From: Phenylobacterium sp.
GTDB taxonomy: Bacteria; Pseudomonadota; Alphaproteobacteria; Caulobacterales; Caulobacteraceae
Assembly (NCBI RefSeq): GCF_025351295.1
Contig: NZ_JANXWD010000087.1
Span: forward strand, 25,785 to 89,784
DNA: 64,000 bases
Reading direction: 5' to 3'
Of the stretch, positions 8,008 through 16,447 are shown in pieces. Position 1 is the stretch's first letter. The number at the start of each line of letters is the position of its first letter. Under the pieces are notes generated by a model that was given only the letters and a program-made list of their open reading frames with translations, made no database searches and was not told the origin of the DNA. The translations under genes were made by a program, and so were the position numbers.

Positions 8008-9627
8008 TCAGCCCCATTCGCCTTGCTTGCGCTCGCGGGCCATGCGGGTCGCCAGGCGCCCGTCGCCCCGCGCCTGCCCGCGGCTGGCGGTGAGGGCCGC
8101 GGCGTCGGCCGGCGTCTCGGTGGCGCGGCCATAGAGCCAGCCCTGGGCGTAGTCGACGCCCGCGCGGCGCACGGCGTCCTCCGCCTCCGCCGTCTCGACC
8201 ATCTCGGCCAGGGTTTCCACCTTCAGCTCGGCGCACATGTTCACCAGATGCTTCACGAAGGTGGCTTCGCGGCCCCCGTGCTGCAGATCGCGGATGTAGC
8301 GGCCATCGATCTTCAGCAGGTCCAGGGTCAGCTGCTGGAGGTAGGCCAGCGAGGCGGCGCCGGCGCCGAAGTCATCCAGGCACCACTTGCAGCCCACCGC
8401 GCGCAGCGCCTGCAGGCGGCGGTCCGCGGCGGGCAGGTCCTCCACGGCGGCGCTCTCGGTGAGCTCGAACATCAGCCGGCCCTGGATGTCCGGGTTCTCG
8501 CGTACCAGTCGCAGAGCCGTATCGACGTAGCTGTCGCCCATCAGGCTGCGGCCGGAGACGTTGACCGCCAGGATCATGTCCGGCGTGCGCAGCAGGACTG
8601 CGAGCGTTTCCTCGAGGATCGCCACGTCCAGCGACTCGATCAGGTCCAGTTCCTCGGCCAGGCGGATGGTCGGGAACGGACTGCCGTTGGCGCCGAAGCG
8701 GACCAGGACCTCGTGGTGGTGCACGCTGCCGTCGGTGAGCAACACCACCGGCTGGTAGGCCAGGCTGAAGCGCTTGTGCCTGATCGCCGCCCCCAGTTGC
8801 CCGGCGTTGCTGAGGGTGGAGCGCAGGGACTGTTCCAGCACGGCGGCGAAGTCGCTGGGCAGGGCCTTGCCCAGGCCGTGCTCCATCACCTGGTTCAGCG
8901 CGAAGCGGAGCGCCTGGGTGACCTGTCGCGGGCGGTCCAGCCCGGTCATCGGCACCGCCGCGGCCTCCGTGCTGACGCCGCGCACGCCGGCGTTCGCGAG
9001 CGTCCGGTCGATCCGGTCGGTCAGCGAGTCCACCGTATCCTCGCGGGCGCGGATCAGCGCATAGCGCTCCGTGCCCAGGGAGGTGGGCGCCTCGCCACGA
9101 TAGGCCTGGGCGCGCAGCACCCCGGCGACCAGCGCCTGCAGCTTGTTCGGGTCGGTGTCGGCCTTCGACAGCCCGCCCAGTTCGACGAACGCCAGCTCCA
9201 GCTCCTGGGTCGCCCCGGCCAGCAGTTCGGCGGCGCGCGCCTCGAAGCTTTCGCGGCTGTGGAGCACGGCGGGTCCGCGGCCCGTCGCGCGGGCAAGGGC
9301 GCAGGAGATGGCGCCCTGGTTCTGCGGCAGCCGGATGGCCGTCAGGCTGGCATACCGGGACGGCTGCCTGGGCGGCGTCGCGATCCCGACCACGACCGGG
9401 CCGGCGCGGGCGCTCTCGCCCATGCCGGCGAACATGGCCTCCACCATGCCGTGGTCCTCGGTGGCCACGAACGATGTCCACGGTCGGTTGCTCAGCGCGG
9501 TGTCTGCGACGCCGACCACGGTTTCGCCCGCCCCCAGGCCGAACGTCACGCGCCCGTCGGGCCGGATCTCCAGCAGGAGATCGGCGCCGGCGAAGCCGAA
9601 CCCCAGGAACCTGTGTGGCGTTGACAA
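8008..9627 (-). CDS. EAL-domain c-di-GMP phosphodiesterase with PAS-like N-terminus and degenerate GGDEF-like region
   Basis: HEVLVR, NVS, FELTE, LDDFGAG, KID, AEMVE and QG residues intact. Confidence 0.9.
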   Translation of the reverse strand: MSTPHRFLGFGFAGADLLLEIRPDGRVTFGLGAGETVVGVADTALSNRPWTSFVATEDHGMVEAMFAGMGESARAGPVVVGIATPPRQPSRYASLTAIRLPQNQGAISCALARATGRGPAVLHSRESFEARAAELLAGATQELELAFVELGGLSKADTDPNKLQALVAGVLRAQAYRGEAPTSLGTERYALIRAREDTVDSLTDRIDRTLANAGVRGVSTEAAAVPMTGLDRPRQVTQALRFALNQVMEHGLGKALPSDFAAVLEQSLRSTLSNAGQLGAAIRHKRFSLAYQPVVLLTDGSVHHHEVLVRFGANGSPFPTIRLAEELDLIESLDVAILEETLAVLLRTPDMILAVNVSGRSLMGDSYVDTALRLVRENPDIQGRLMFELTESAAVEDLPAADRRLQALRAVGCKWCLDDFGAGAASLAYLQQLTLDLLKIDGRYIRDLQHGGREATFVKHLVNMCAELKVETLAEMVETAEAEDAVRRAGVDYAQGWLYGRATETPADAAALTASRGQARGDGRLATRMARERKQGEWG

Positions 9628-9709
9628 AGGCGCGTTTCCCTTCGCCGCCCAGGATGTGCGAGCCGGCCTTAAGATCGGGTTTGCGCGCCGGGGTCCCCGA
9701 AGGGCGGCC

Positions 9710-9970
9710 TCAGCCGTCGACGTCCTTGCGCTTCAGCATCCGTTGGCGGCTCTGCAGGACGGTGTAGAGGCGCTCGCGCTGATGGTCGCCGACCGGCAGG
9801 GCGATGCGGGTGTGGCCGATCTCCAGGTCGTGGACCGCGTCGCCGGCCAGCCGGTTCATGGCGGTGGGCGAGACCTGCCAGAGGATGTGGATCAGGTCGG
9901 TCGCCAGCAGTTCCAGCGTCGCCACGCGAGCGATCAGATCGCGCTTGCTGGTGGGAAGATCGTCCTTCAT
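9710..9970 (-). CDS. hypothetical protein (86 aa)
   Basis: ORF from MKDDL with typical codon bias; predicted helical. Confidence 0.65.
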   Translation of the reverse strand: MKDDLPTSKRDLIARVATLELLATDLIHILWQVSPTAMNRLAGDAVHDLEIGHTRIALPVGDHQRERLYTVLQSRQRMLKRKDVDG

Positions 9971-10043
9971 CGAAAGGTTCGTGCTTCTGGAGCTGCTGTG
10001 GTCCCGGAGATTGGGGCGATCGGGCTTAAGGCATCGATAGTCC

Positions 10044-10550
10044 GTGGCCAGGTTGATGAAAAAACACGCTTCCGCGACCCCCGTTCGGCCGACCGCCCGC
10101 GTCCTGCTGCTGGACCGCGACGACCGCATCCTGCTGATGAAGGGGCGGCTGCCCGGTCGGCCGCCGGGGCACGGGGCATGGTTCACGATCGGCGGTGGGG
10201 TGGAGGCGGGCGAGACCTATCTCGAGGCCGCGGCCCGCGAGATCCGGGAGGAAACCGGCATCGCGGAGTTCGAGCTGGGGCCGGCCGTCTGGCTGCGCGA
10301 GGGCGTCCTGGGGATCCCGGAACCGACCCTCTTCCGCGAGCAGTATATCGTCGCGCGGTGCCACGGCGCCGAGCCGAGCCGGGCCGGCTGGAACGCCCTG
10401 GAGCGGGACCTGATCGACGACATCCGCTGGTGGACCGTGCAGGCGCTCACGACCACGCAGGAGCCGGTCTTCCCGCCGGGCCTGGCGCGTCTGCCGCGGG
10501 TGCTGGCCGGAGACCTGCCGGCCGAACCACGCCGCATTCCCTGGGACTAG
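10044..10550 (+). CDS. NUDIX hydrolase
   Basis: Nudix box GGGVEAGETYLEAAAREIREETG; start may be the ATG at 10056. Confidence 0.92.
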   Translation: MARLMKKHASATPVRPTARVLLLDRDDRILLMKGRLPGRPPGHGAWFTIGGGVEAGETYLEAAAREIREETGIAEFELGPAVWLREGVLGIPEPTLFREQYIVARCHGAEPSRAGWNALERDLIDDIRWWTVQALTTTQEPVFPPGLARLPRVLAGDLPAEPRRIPWD

Positions 10551-10592
10551 GCTTCACCCTACTGTCTACGCCTTCGGACTGAGGATCGCCCC

Positions 10593-11690
10593 ATGCTCGC
10601 CGCCCTGCTCGCCGCCGCCGCCGTCTCCGCCGCCTGCGACCTGGAGGCGCCGTCCGGCCAGCCGGGCTGCACGCGCGCGGCGGTCGACGCCCTGCCGATG
10701 AACGCCATCCAGGTGATCGGCACCCACAACAGCTACAAGATGGCCATCGCTCCCAACGAGATGGCGACCATCCGCGGGGCCAACGCCAAGGAGGCGGACG
10801 CGATCGACTATTCGAAGCCGTCGCTGACCACCCAGCTGAACCAGGGCGCCCGGCAGCTGGAGATCGACGTGGTCTACGACCCGGAGGTCGGCCACTACGC
10901 CAGGCCGCTGGGCTATGTCATGGCCGGCAAGGCCGCGGTTCCCTACGACTTCGCGCCGCTGAAGCAGCCGGGGCTGAAGGTGCTGCACGAACCGTCGGTG
11001 GACTACCGCTCGGTCTGCCCGCTGTTCACCGGGTGCCTGGGCGAGATCCGCGCCTGGTCGACGGCGCACCCGGACCATGTGCCGATCCTGATCATCATGA
11101 ACCTGAAGGAGGGTGGGCTGCCGATTCCGGGCGCGACCAAGGCGCCGCTGTTCGACGCCAAGGCGATGAACGAGATCGACGCCGAGATCCGATCCGTCTT
11201 CCCGGAGGCCGCCCTGATCACGCCGGACCAGGTCCAGGGCCGGCACGCGACCCTGCGCGAGGCGGTGGCCATCGACGGCTGGCCGACCCTGAAGGCCGCG
11301 CGGGGCCGGGTGATGGTCGCCCTGGACTGCCCACCGGACCAGGTCGCCCGCTACCGCGAGGCCCGCAAGGTGCTGGAGGGCCGCGCTGCCTTCGTGAACA
11401 TCGACGTGGGCTCGCCGGCGGCCGGCTACATCACCCTGAACGAGGTTCCGGAACTCTCTGACCAGATCACGGCGGCGGTGAAGGCCGGGATCATCGTGCG
11501 CACCCGCGCCGACGCCGACACCGTGGAGGCGCGCAAGAACGACACCCGCCGCCAGGTCGCCGCGTTCGCCTCGGGCGCGCAGTATGTGTCGACGGACTAC
11601 CTGACCCCCGACACCCGCTTCAGCCCCTATGTGGCCGCGCTGCCGGGCGGCGGGGTGGCGCGGCTCTCGCCGGTGCAGCCAGCGCGCTGA
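10593..11690 (+). CDS. secreted PI-PLC-like phosphodiesterase
   Basis: Signal peptide; GTHNSY, GARQLEIDV and LKVLH motifs. Confidence 0.85.
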   Translation: MLAALLAAAAVSAACDLEAPSGQPGCTRAAVDALPMNAIQVIGTHNSYKMAIAPNEMATIRGANAKEADAIDYSKPSLTTQLNQGARQLEIDVVYDPEVGHYARPLGYVMAGKAAVPYDFAPLKQPGLKVLHEPSVDYRSVCPLFTGCLGEIRAWSTAHPDHVPILIIMNLKEGGLPIPGATKAPLFDAKAMNEIDAEIRSVFPEAALITPDQVQGRHATLREAVAIDGWPTLKAARGRVMVALDCPPDQVARYREARKVLEGRAAFVNIDVGSPAAGYITLNEVPELSDQITAAVKAGIIVRTRADADTVEARKNDTRRQVAAFASGAQYVSTDYLTPDTRFSPYVAALPGGGVARLSPVQPAR

Positions 11691-11756
11691 CGGCCGGTCG
11701 GCGCCCCATGGCCGATGGCAGGGCCCACCGCGGTGCGGCGGGCCCGCTGTCCCGGT

Positions 11757-12446
11757 CTAGCCCGTGACCTTCAGGTTGGTCGCGGAGGTCTTGCCGCTAC
11801 GACGGTCCTGTTCGAGGTCGAAGTTGACCGTCTGGCCCTCGTTGAGGCCCGACAGGCCGGCCTGCTCGACCGCGGAGATGTGGACGAAGATGTCCTGGCC
11901 GCCGCCATCGGGCTTGATGAAGCCGAAGCCCTTGGTGGGGTTGAACCACTTCACCGAGCCGGTGCCGGAGCCCGCGACCGTGCCGCGCGGACGATCGCCG
12001 CCACCGCCACCGCCACCAAAGCCGCCGCCGCCGCCACCGCTGCTGCCGCCGAAGCCGCGATCCCGGCCGCCACCGCCGCCGTAACCACCGCCGCCGCCGC
12101 CGCCGCCGTAACCACCGCCGCCGCCGCCGTAGCCGCCGCGATCGCCGCCGCCGCCACCACCACCGTAGCCGCCACGATCACCGCCGCCGCCGAAGCCGCC
12201 GCCGCCGCCGGCGCGACGGGGTTGGGGCTCGCCCGCTGCCGTCACGACGATGCCGGTCGCCGCCAATTTTCCCGAACGTCGATCCTGCTCGAGTTCGTAA
12301 TCCACCTTGTCGCCTTCATTCAGGCTGTCCATGCCGGCCTGGTTCAGGGCCGAGATGTGAACGAAGACGTCTGATCCGCCGTCGTCCGGTTGAATGAAGC
12401 CAAAACCCTTAGCCGTGTTGAACCACTTGACTGTGCCGCTCGCCAT
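11757..12446 (-). CDS. cspC: two-domain cold-shock protein with Gly/Arg/Tyr-rich linker (CspC-like)
   Basis: Two CSDs (GTVKWFN..KGFGFI, VFVHISA) joined by a roughly 90-aa Gly-rich linker; start MASGTVKW. Confidence 0.9.
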   Translation of the reverse strand: MASGTVKWFNTAKGFGFIQPDDGGSDVFVHISALNQAGMDSLNEGDKVDYELEQDRRSGKLAATGIVVTAAGEPQPRRAGGGGGFGGGGDRGGYGGGGGGGDRGGYGGGGGGYGGGGGGGGYGGGGGRDRGFGGSSGGGGGGFGGGGGGGDRPRGTVAGSGTGSVKWFNPTKGFGFIKPDGGGQDIFVHISAVEQAGLSGLNEGQTVNFDLEQDRRSGKTSATNLKVTG

Positions 12447-12632
12447 ATCGTCGCAACCTAACCGGAGAGAAAGTCCCACGCCGCACGCATGGCGGCGCCC
12501 GGCTAATCTTGCTGAAGAGCCGTGAACGAATTTGTAGCGAGGGATTTCGAGCAAGGCCAGCGCCCGTGACAGGCGCGTGCAATCAGCCTAAGGGAGCGAC
12601 CGTTTCGCAACAGCGTTGTCCGGGGCGCCCCT

Positions 12633-13223
12633 TTGAAGAGCATCTGCGTCTTTTGCGGCTCCTCGCCCGGGACCGATCCCAGGTTCATGGACGAGGCTGT
12701 CCGCTGCGGGACGCTGATCGCGCAGGCGGGGCTGACCCTGGTCTATGGCGGCGGCCGGGTGGGCCTGATGGGGGCCGTCGCCGACGCGGCCCTGGCGGCG
12801 CGGGGCAAGGTGACGGGGGTCATGCCGGTCGACCTGGTCAACCAGGAAATCGCCCACCGGGGCCTGACCGAGCTGCGCGTGGTCAATTCGATGCATGAGC
12901 GCAAATGGGCCATGGCCGAGCTGGCCGACGGGTTCCTGTGCCTGCCGGGCGGCCCGGGGACGTTCGAGGAGATCTTCGAGCAGTGGACCTGGGCCCTGCT
13001 GGGCTTTCACGCCAAGCCGTGCGGCTTCGTCAATGTCGGCGGCTACTACGACCTGATGCGCGCCACCATCCAGCAGATGGCCGACAACGGCTTCATCGCC
13101 CAGCCCTACGTCGACATGCTGATCTACGCCGACACCACGCCCGAGGTGATCGATGCCTTCCGTACCTACGTCGCCCCGCCGCCCAAGTGGGGCCTGGCGA
13201 AAGTGGCCGTTTCCCTCCCTTAA
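12633..13223 (+). CDS. LOG family (Rossmann-fold) phosphoribohydrolase
   Basis: LVYGGG, MHERK and PGGPGTFEE motifs; TTG start. Confidence 0.92.
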   Translation: MKSICVFCGSSPGTDPRFMDEAVRCGTLIAQAGLTLVYGGGRVGLMGAVADAALAARGKVTGVMPVDLVNQEIAHRGLTELRVVNSMHERKWAMAELADGFLCLPGGPGTFEEIFEQWTWALLGFHAKPCGFVNVGGYYDLMRATIQQMADNGFIAQPYVDMLIYADTTPEVIDAFRTYVAPPPKWGLAKVAVSLP

Positions 13224-13230
13224 TAGGGAC
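13211..13230. repeat. truncated copy of the hairpin repeat overlapping the LOG stop codon
   Basis: TTCCCTCCCTTAATAGGGAC versus TTCCCTCCCTTAATGGGGAGGGAC (reverse complement of 44266-44289): identical apart from a 4-nt deletion. Confidence 0.6.
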
Positions 13231-13237
13231 CGTTGCG

Positions 13238-13379
13238 TAGTTGAGCGTGTCGAGCGTTTGGGACGTTGGGCGGTTTGGGACGAGTCCGGAATCGCCCGCG
13301 ATTTCGCGGCGCTGCGGTCTTCCTTGCCGGCCGCGTGGCGGATTACATGCACGGCGCCAGCGTCCCCGTGGACGGCGGC
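13238..13379 (+). pseudogene. 3' remnant of an SDR (kduD-like) gene, frameshifted
   Basis: Reads VERVERLGRW...RDFA, then after a 1-nt deletion at about 13309, AAVFLAGRVADYMHGASVPVDGG, the C-terminal SDR/KduD signature. No 5' part or start codon. Confidence 0.7.
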
Positions 13380-13397
13380 GCACCCCAGGAGACCGCC

Positions 13398-14069
13398 GTG
13401 GCCCGTGACCGCCTGACCGTGCTGACCGCCATGATGGACCAGGGCGTGATCCCGGTGTTCTACCACCCCGACCCCGAGGTCTGCGTGAAGGCGATCCAGG
13501 CCTGCGCCGACGGCGGGGCCAAGTGCATCGAGTTCACCAACCGCGGCGACTTCGCGAGCCAGGCGTTCCTGGAGGTGACCCGGCACTTCGCCAAGGCGGA
13601 CCCCAGCGTGATCATGGGCGTGGGCTCGGTGGTCGATGCGCCGACCGCGGGGCTGTTCATCGCCAACGGGGCCAGTTTCGTGGTCGGGCCGATCCTGAAC
13701 GCCGACGTGGCCAGAGTCTGCAACCGCCGGATGATCGCCTATTCGCCGGGCTGCGGCACGGCGAGCGAGATCAGCCAGGCCCAGGAACTGGGCTGCGAGA
13801 TCGTCAAGCTGTTCCCCGGCGGCGCGGTGGGCGGGCCGGAGTTCGTCAAGGCGGTGCTGGGGCCGATGCCGTGGAGCAAGATCATGCCGACCGGCGGCGT
13901 CGATGTCACCGAGGCCTCGCTCAGGCCGTGGTTCGAGGCCGGGATCGTGGCCTGCGGCATGGGCTCGAACCTGATCACCAAGGTCCTGCTGGACGCCGGC
14001 GACTACGCCGGGATCGAGGCGCGGGTGCGCGACACGGTGCAACTGATCAAGACCATCCGGGGACTCTGA
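13398..14069 (+). CDS. eda: KDPG/KHG aldolase
   Basis: IEFTNR, GVGSV, VKLFPG and MPTGGV motifs; GTG start with AGGAG SD. Confidence 0.88.
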   Translation: MARDRLTVLTAMMDQGVIPVFYHPDPEVCVKAIQACADGGAKCIEFTNRGDFASQAFLEVTRHFAKADPSVIMGVGSVVDAPTAGLFIANGASFVVGPILNADVARVCNRRMIAYSPGCGTASEISQAQELGCEIVKLFPGGAVGGPEFVKAVLGPMPWSKIMPTGGVDVTEASLRPWFEAGIVACGMGSNLITKVLLDAGDYAGIEARVRDTVQLIKTIRGL

Positions 14070-14102
14070 TGTTCGGCGACGCCGAGGGAGTTTAAGGGCT
14101 AT

Positions 14103-14127
14103 GCAACAACTGACCGTTGCTTGCGTT
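14103..14127 (+). promoter_or_regulatory. candidate EcfG/SigT promoter
   Basis: GCAAC-N16-CGTT upstream of a HisKA_2 kinase. Confidence 0.5.
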
Positions 14128-14227
14128 CTATACGCCGAGCGCCAACCCATGCTCGGGCGCAACTCCTTATAATCTGCCTGGGTACGGCTTTCGCCTTGCG
14201 AGCCTCCAGTTTTGTGAAGGGCGAGCC

Positions 14228-15328
14228 GTGGCTGCCCAGACCCCGACCTATTCGGAGGAAGCCGCGCTCAGCCTGACCCTGGCGATCGTCGCCTCGTCGC
14301 CGGGGCCGCTGCTGCTGCTGGACGGGGACCTGCGGATCGTCGCCGCCAGCGCCTCGTCCGCCGAGGCCTTCGAGATCGACGTCCTGGGCACGCCGGGCGT
14401 CTCGCTGTCCAGCCTTGGCGCCGGGGAATGGAACTTGCCGCAGCTTCGGTCGCTGCTAGACGCCACCCTGGCCGGCGCGGCAAAGATCGAGGCCTATGAG
14501 ATGGACCTGAAGCGGCCAGGGCGGCCGACGCGGCGCCTGGTCGTCCACGCCCAGCGGCTGGTCTATCTGGATGCCGACAACCAGCGGCTGCTGGTGGCCG
14601 TGACCGACGTGACGGACGCGCGCGCTAGCGAAGCGGCGAAGGACGAGGCGCTTCGCCACAACCTGATCCTGCTGCAGGAGGTCCGCCACCGGGTCGCCAA
14701 CAGCCTGCAGATCATCGCCAGCGTCCTGCTGCAGAATGCCCGCAAGACAGACCCGGACGAGACTAGAAGCCACCTGAACGACGCGCACAACCGGGTGATG
14801 TCGGTGGCCGCCCTGGAGCGCCAGCTCGCCGGATCCGGCGAGGCGCATGTCGAGCTGAGCGCCTATTTCACCAACCTTTGCAGTAACTTGGCCGCCTCGA
14901 TGATCGCCGACAGCGAGCATATCTCCCTGGTCGTCACGGGCGCGCGGGGCGTCGTCGAGGCCCGGGTGTCGGTCAGCCTGGGCCTGATCGTCACCGAACT
15001 GGTGATCAACGCCCTGAAGTACGCCTTTCCGGACCGTCGGCCCGGCAAGATCGCCGTGGACTGCAAGTTCCAGGGGCCAAACTGGACCTTGACGGTCGCG
15101 GACAATGGCGTGGGCATGCCTAGCGACCCTGCCCTGGTGCAGGTCGGCCTTGGGACCAGCATCGTGCGGGCCCTGGTGAAACAGCTGTCGGCGACCCTTG
15201 AAATCGCCCCCGCGCACCCCGGCACGCGCGTCACCATCGACCGCACCCGGATCGCGCTGGTCGACGACGACGCGGGCGGCGTCGCCGCGAATTCGGCCGC
15301 CGGACATCCCGTGGCCCAGGCCAGCTGA
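14228..15328 (+). CDS. PAS-like domain HisKA_2 (HWE/HisKA2 superfamily) histidine kinase
   Basis: H-box EVRHRVANSLQ; ELVINALKYAF, DNGVG and GLGTSIV ATPase boxes. Confidence 0.9.
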   Translation: MAAQTPTYSEEAALSLTLAIVASSPGPLLLLDGDLRIVAASASSAEAFEIDVLGTPGVSLSSLGAGEWNLPQLRSLLDATLAGAAKIEAYEMDLKRPGRPTRRLVVHAQRLVYLDADNQRLLVAVTDVTDARASEAAKDEALRHNLILLQEVRHRVANSLQIIASVLLQNARKTDPDETRSHLNDAHNRVMSVAALERQLAGSGEAHVELSAYFTNLCSNLAASMIADSEHISLVVTGARGVVEARVSVSLGLIVTELVINALKYAFPDRRPGKIAVDCKFQGPNWTLTVADNGVGMPSDPALVQVGLGTSIVRALVKQLSATLEIAPAHPGTRVTIDRTRIALVDDDAGGVAANSAAGHPVAQAS

Positions 15329-15360
15329 ATGACCGTCGCCGCTGAAAGTGGAGCGTAGCC

Positions 15361-15807
15361 ATGGATCGTGAGACCCTGCCCGGCGCCGGCGTCACCCTGC
15401 TGATCGTCGAGGATGAGATCCTTCCCGCGATGGCGCTCAGGGACGAGCTGGAAGACGCGGGCTATCGGGTCATGGACCTGACCAGCCGCCCGCAGGAGGC
15501 GCTCGACGCCGCGCTGGGCCGCAAGCCCGATCTCGCGCTGGTGAACATCCAGCTGCACGGCCGCGACGACGGCATCGAGCTCGCCCGGGAGCTGAAAAGC
15601 ATGGGGATCCCGGTGCTCTTCATCAGCGGCCAGGGGAGCCGGGCCAGGATGTCCCGGACCGCGGCGATCGGCTCCCTGCCCAAACCTTACAGCAGCCGGG
15701 ACATGGTTCTGGCCGTGACCTATCTGCTGGGCCGCCTGAAGGGCGATGCTACCCGCGAACGACCCCCTGGCCTCGAGGTCTTCGACGCCGTGCCGGACGC
15801 TGCGTAG
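15361..15807 (+). CDS. single-domain response regulator lacking the phosphoacceptor Asp
   Basis: LIVEDE, PDLALVN (Asn at the Asp position), FISG and LPKPY. Confidence 0.88.
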   Translation: MDRETLPGAGVTLLIVEDEILPAMALRDELEDAGYRVMDLTSRPQEALDAALGRKPDLALVNIQLHGRDDGIELARELKSMGIPVLFISGQGSRARMSRTAAIGSLPKPYSSRDMVLAVTYLLGRLKGDATRERPPGLEVFDAVPDAA

Positions 15808-15898
15808 AGGCCGGAAACGACATCTCGACCCGGGCGTATATCCAGACCATGACGGCGGTGGGGGATCGACCTAGGTTGGGTCGAACCGGAGAGTCCCT

Positions 15899-16321
15899 AT
15901 GCGCCTGATCCTTGCCGCGGCCCTGGCGCTGGCCTCGGGCGGCGCCCTGGCGCAGGTGGTGAACCATGACCCGCCGGTGCAGGCGATCATGGCGACCGCC
16001 GTGAACCCCGGCGCGCTGGCGTTCTGGGCCGGCGGCAACGACCCGCCGGACGACGAGACCAAGGCCGACGCCAGGATCCGCTGGGCCGAGGCCGTGAAGG
16101 GCGCCCAGGTCATGCAGGCGAAGGGCAAGGCACTGCTTGACCATTCGCGCCCCGGCCCCTGGAACACCTTCGCCCAGCTGATGGTCGACACCGCCAAGGC
16201 CGGCGAGGTCGCGGCCAAGGCGAAGGACGCGCCCAAGGCCTTCGAGATCGGCGGGCAGCTCTACGATGCCTGCAACGGCTGCCACAAGACCTACATCCCG
16301 AGCCCACCGCGGCCCGATTAG
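15899..16321 (+). CDS. cytochrome c'-like periplasmic protein
   Basis: Signal peptide; helical; single C-terminal CNGCH haem motif. Confidence 0.8.
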   Translation: MRLILAAALALASGGALAQVVNHDPPVQAIMATAVNPGALAFWAGGNDPPDDETKADARIRWAEAVKGAQVMQAKGKALLDHSRPGPWNTFAQLMVDTAKAGEVAAKAKDAPKAFEIGGQLYDACNGCHKTYIPSPPRPD

Positions 16322-16447
16322 CCAGCCTCACCACCGTCCGCCTGCGCCACGGGCGCCGGGCCGAAGGCGGGCGTTGCATCGCGCGATGCCGGCTGACGCG
16401 CCCTGGGCTTGCGGTATGATGGCCGGACCCGCCGGAGGAGCCCGCCG

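Noticed and set aside
5767-9624. 1285-aa plus-strand ORF
   Set aside because: Antisense shadow of the EF-G-like and EAL genes; no motifs; long shadow ORFs are expected at this GC.
9669-9683. CtrA-like TTAA-N7-TTTG upstream of the EAL gene
   Set aside because: Two mismatches in one half-site; too weak to call.
13266-13397. N-terminal extension of eda suggested by the ORF track
   Set aside because: It is an SDR-like remnant; a GTG with SD at 13398 is the better start.
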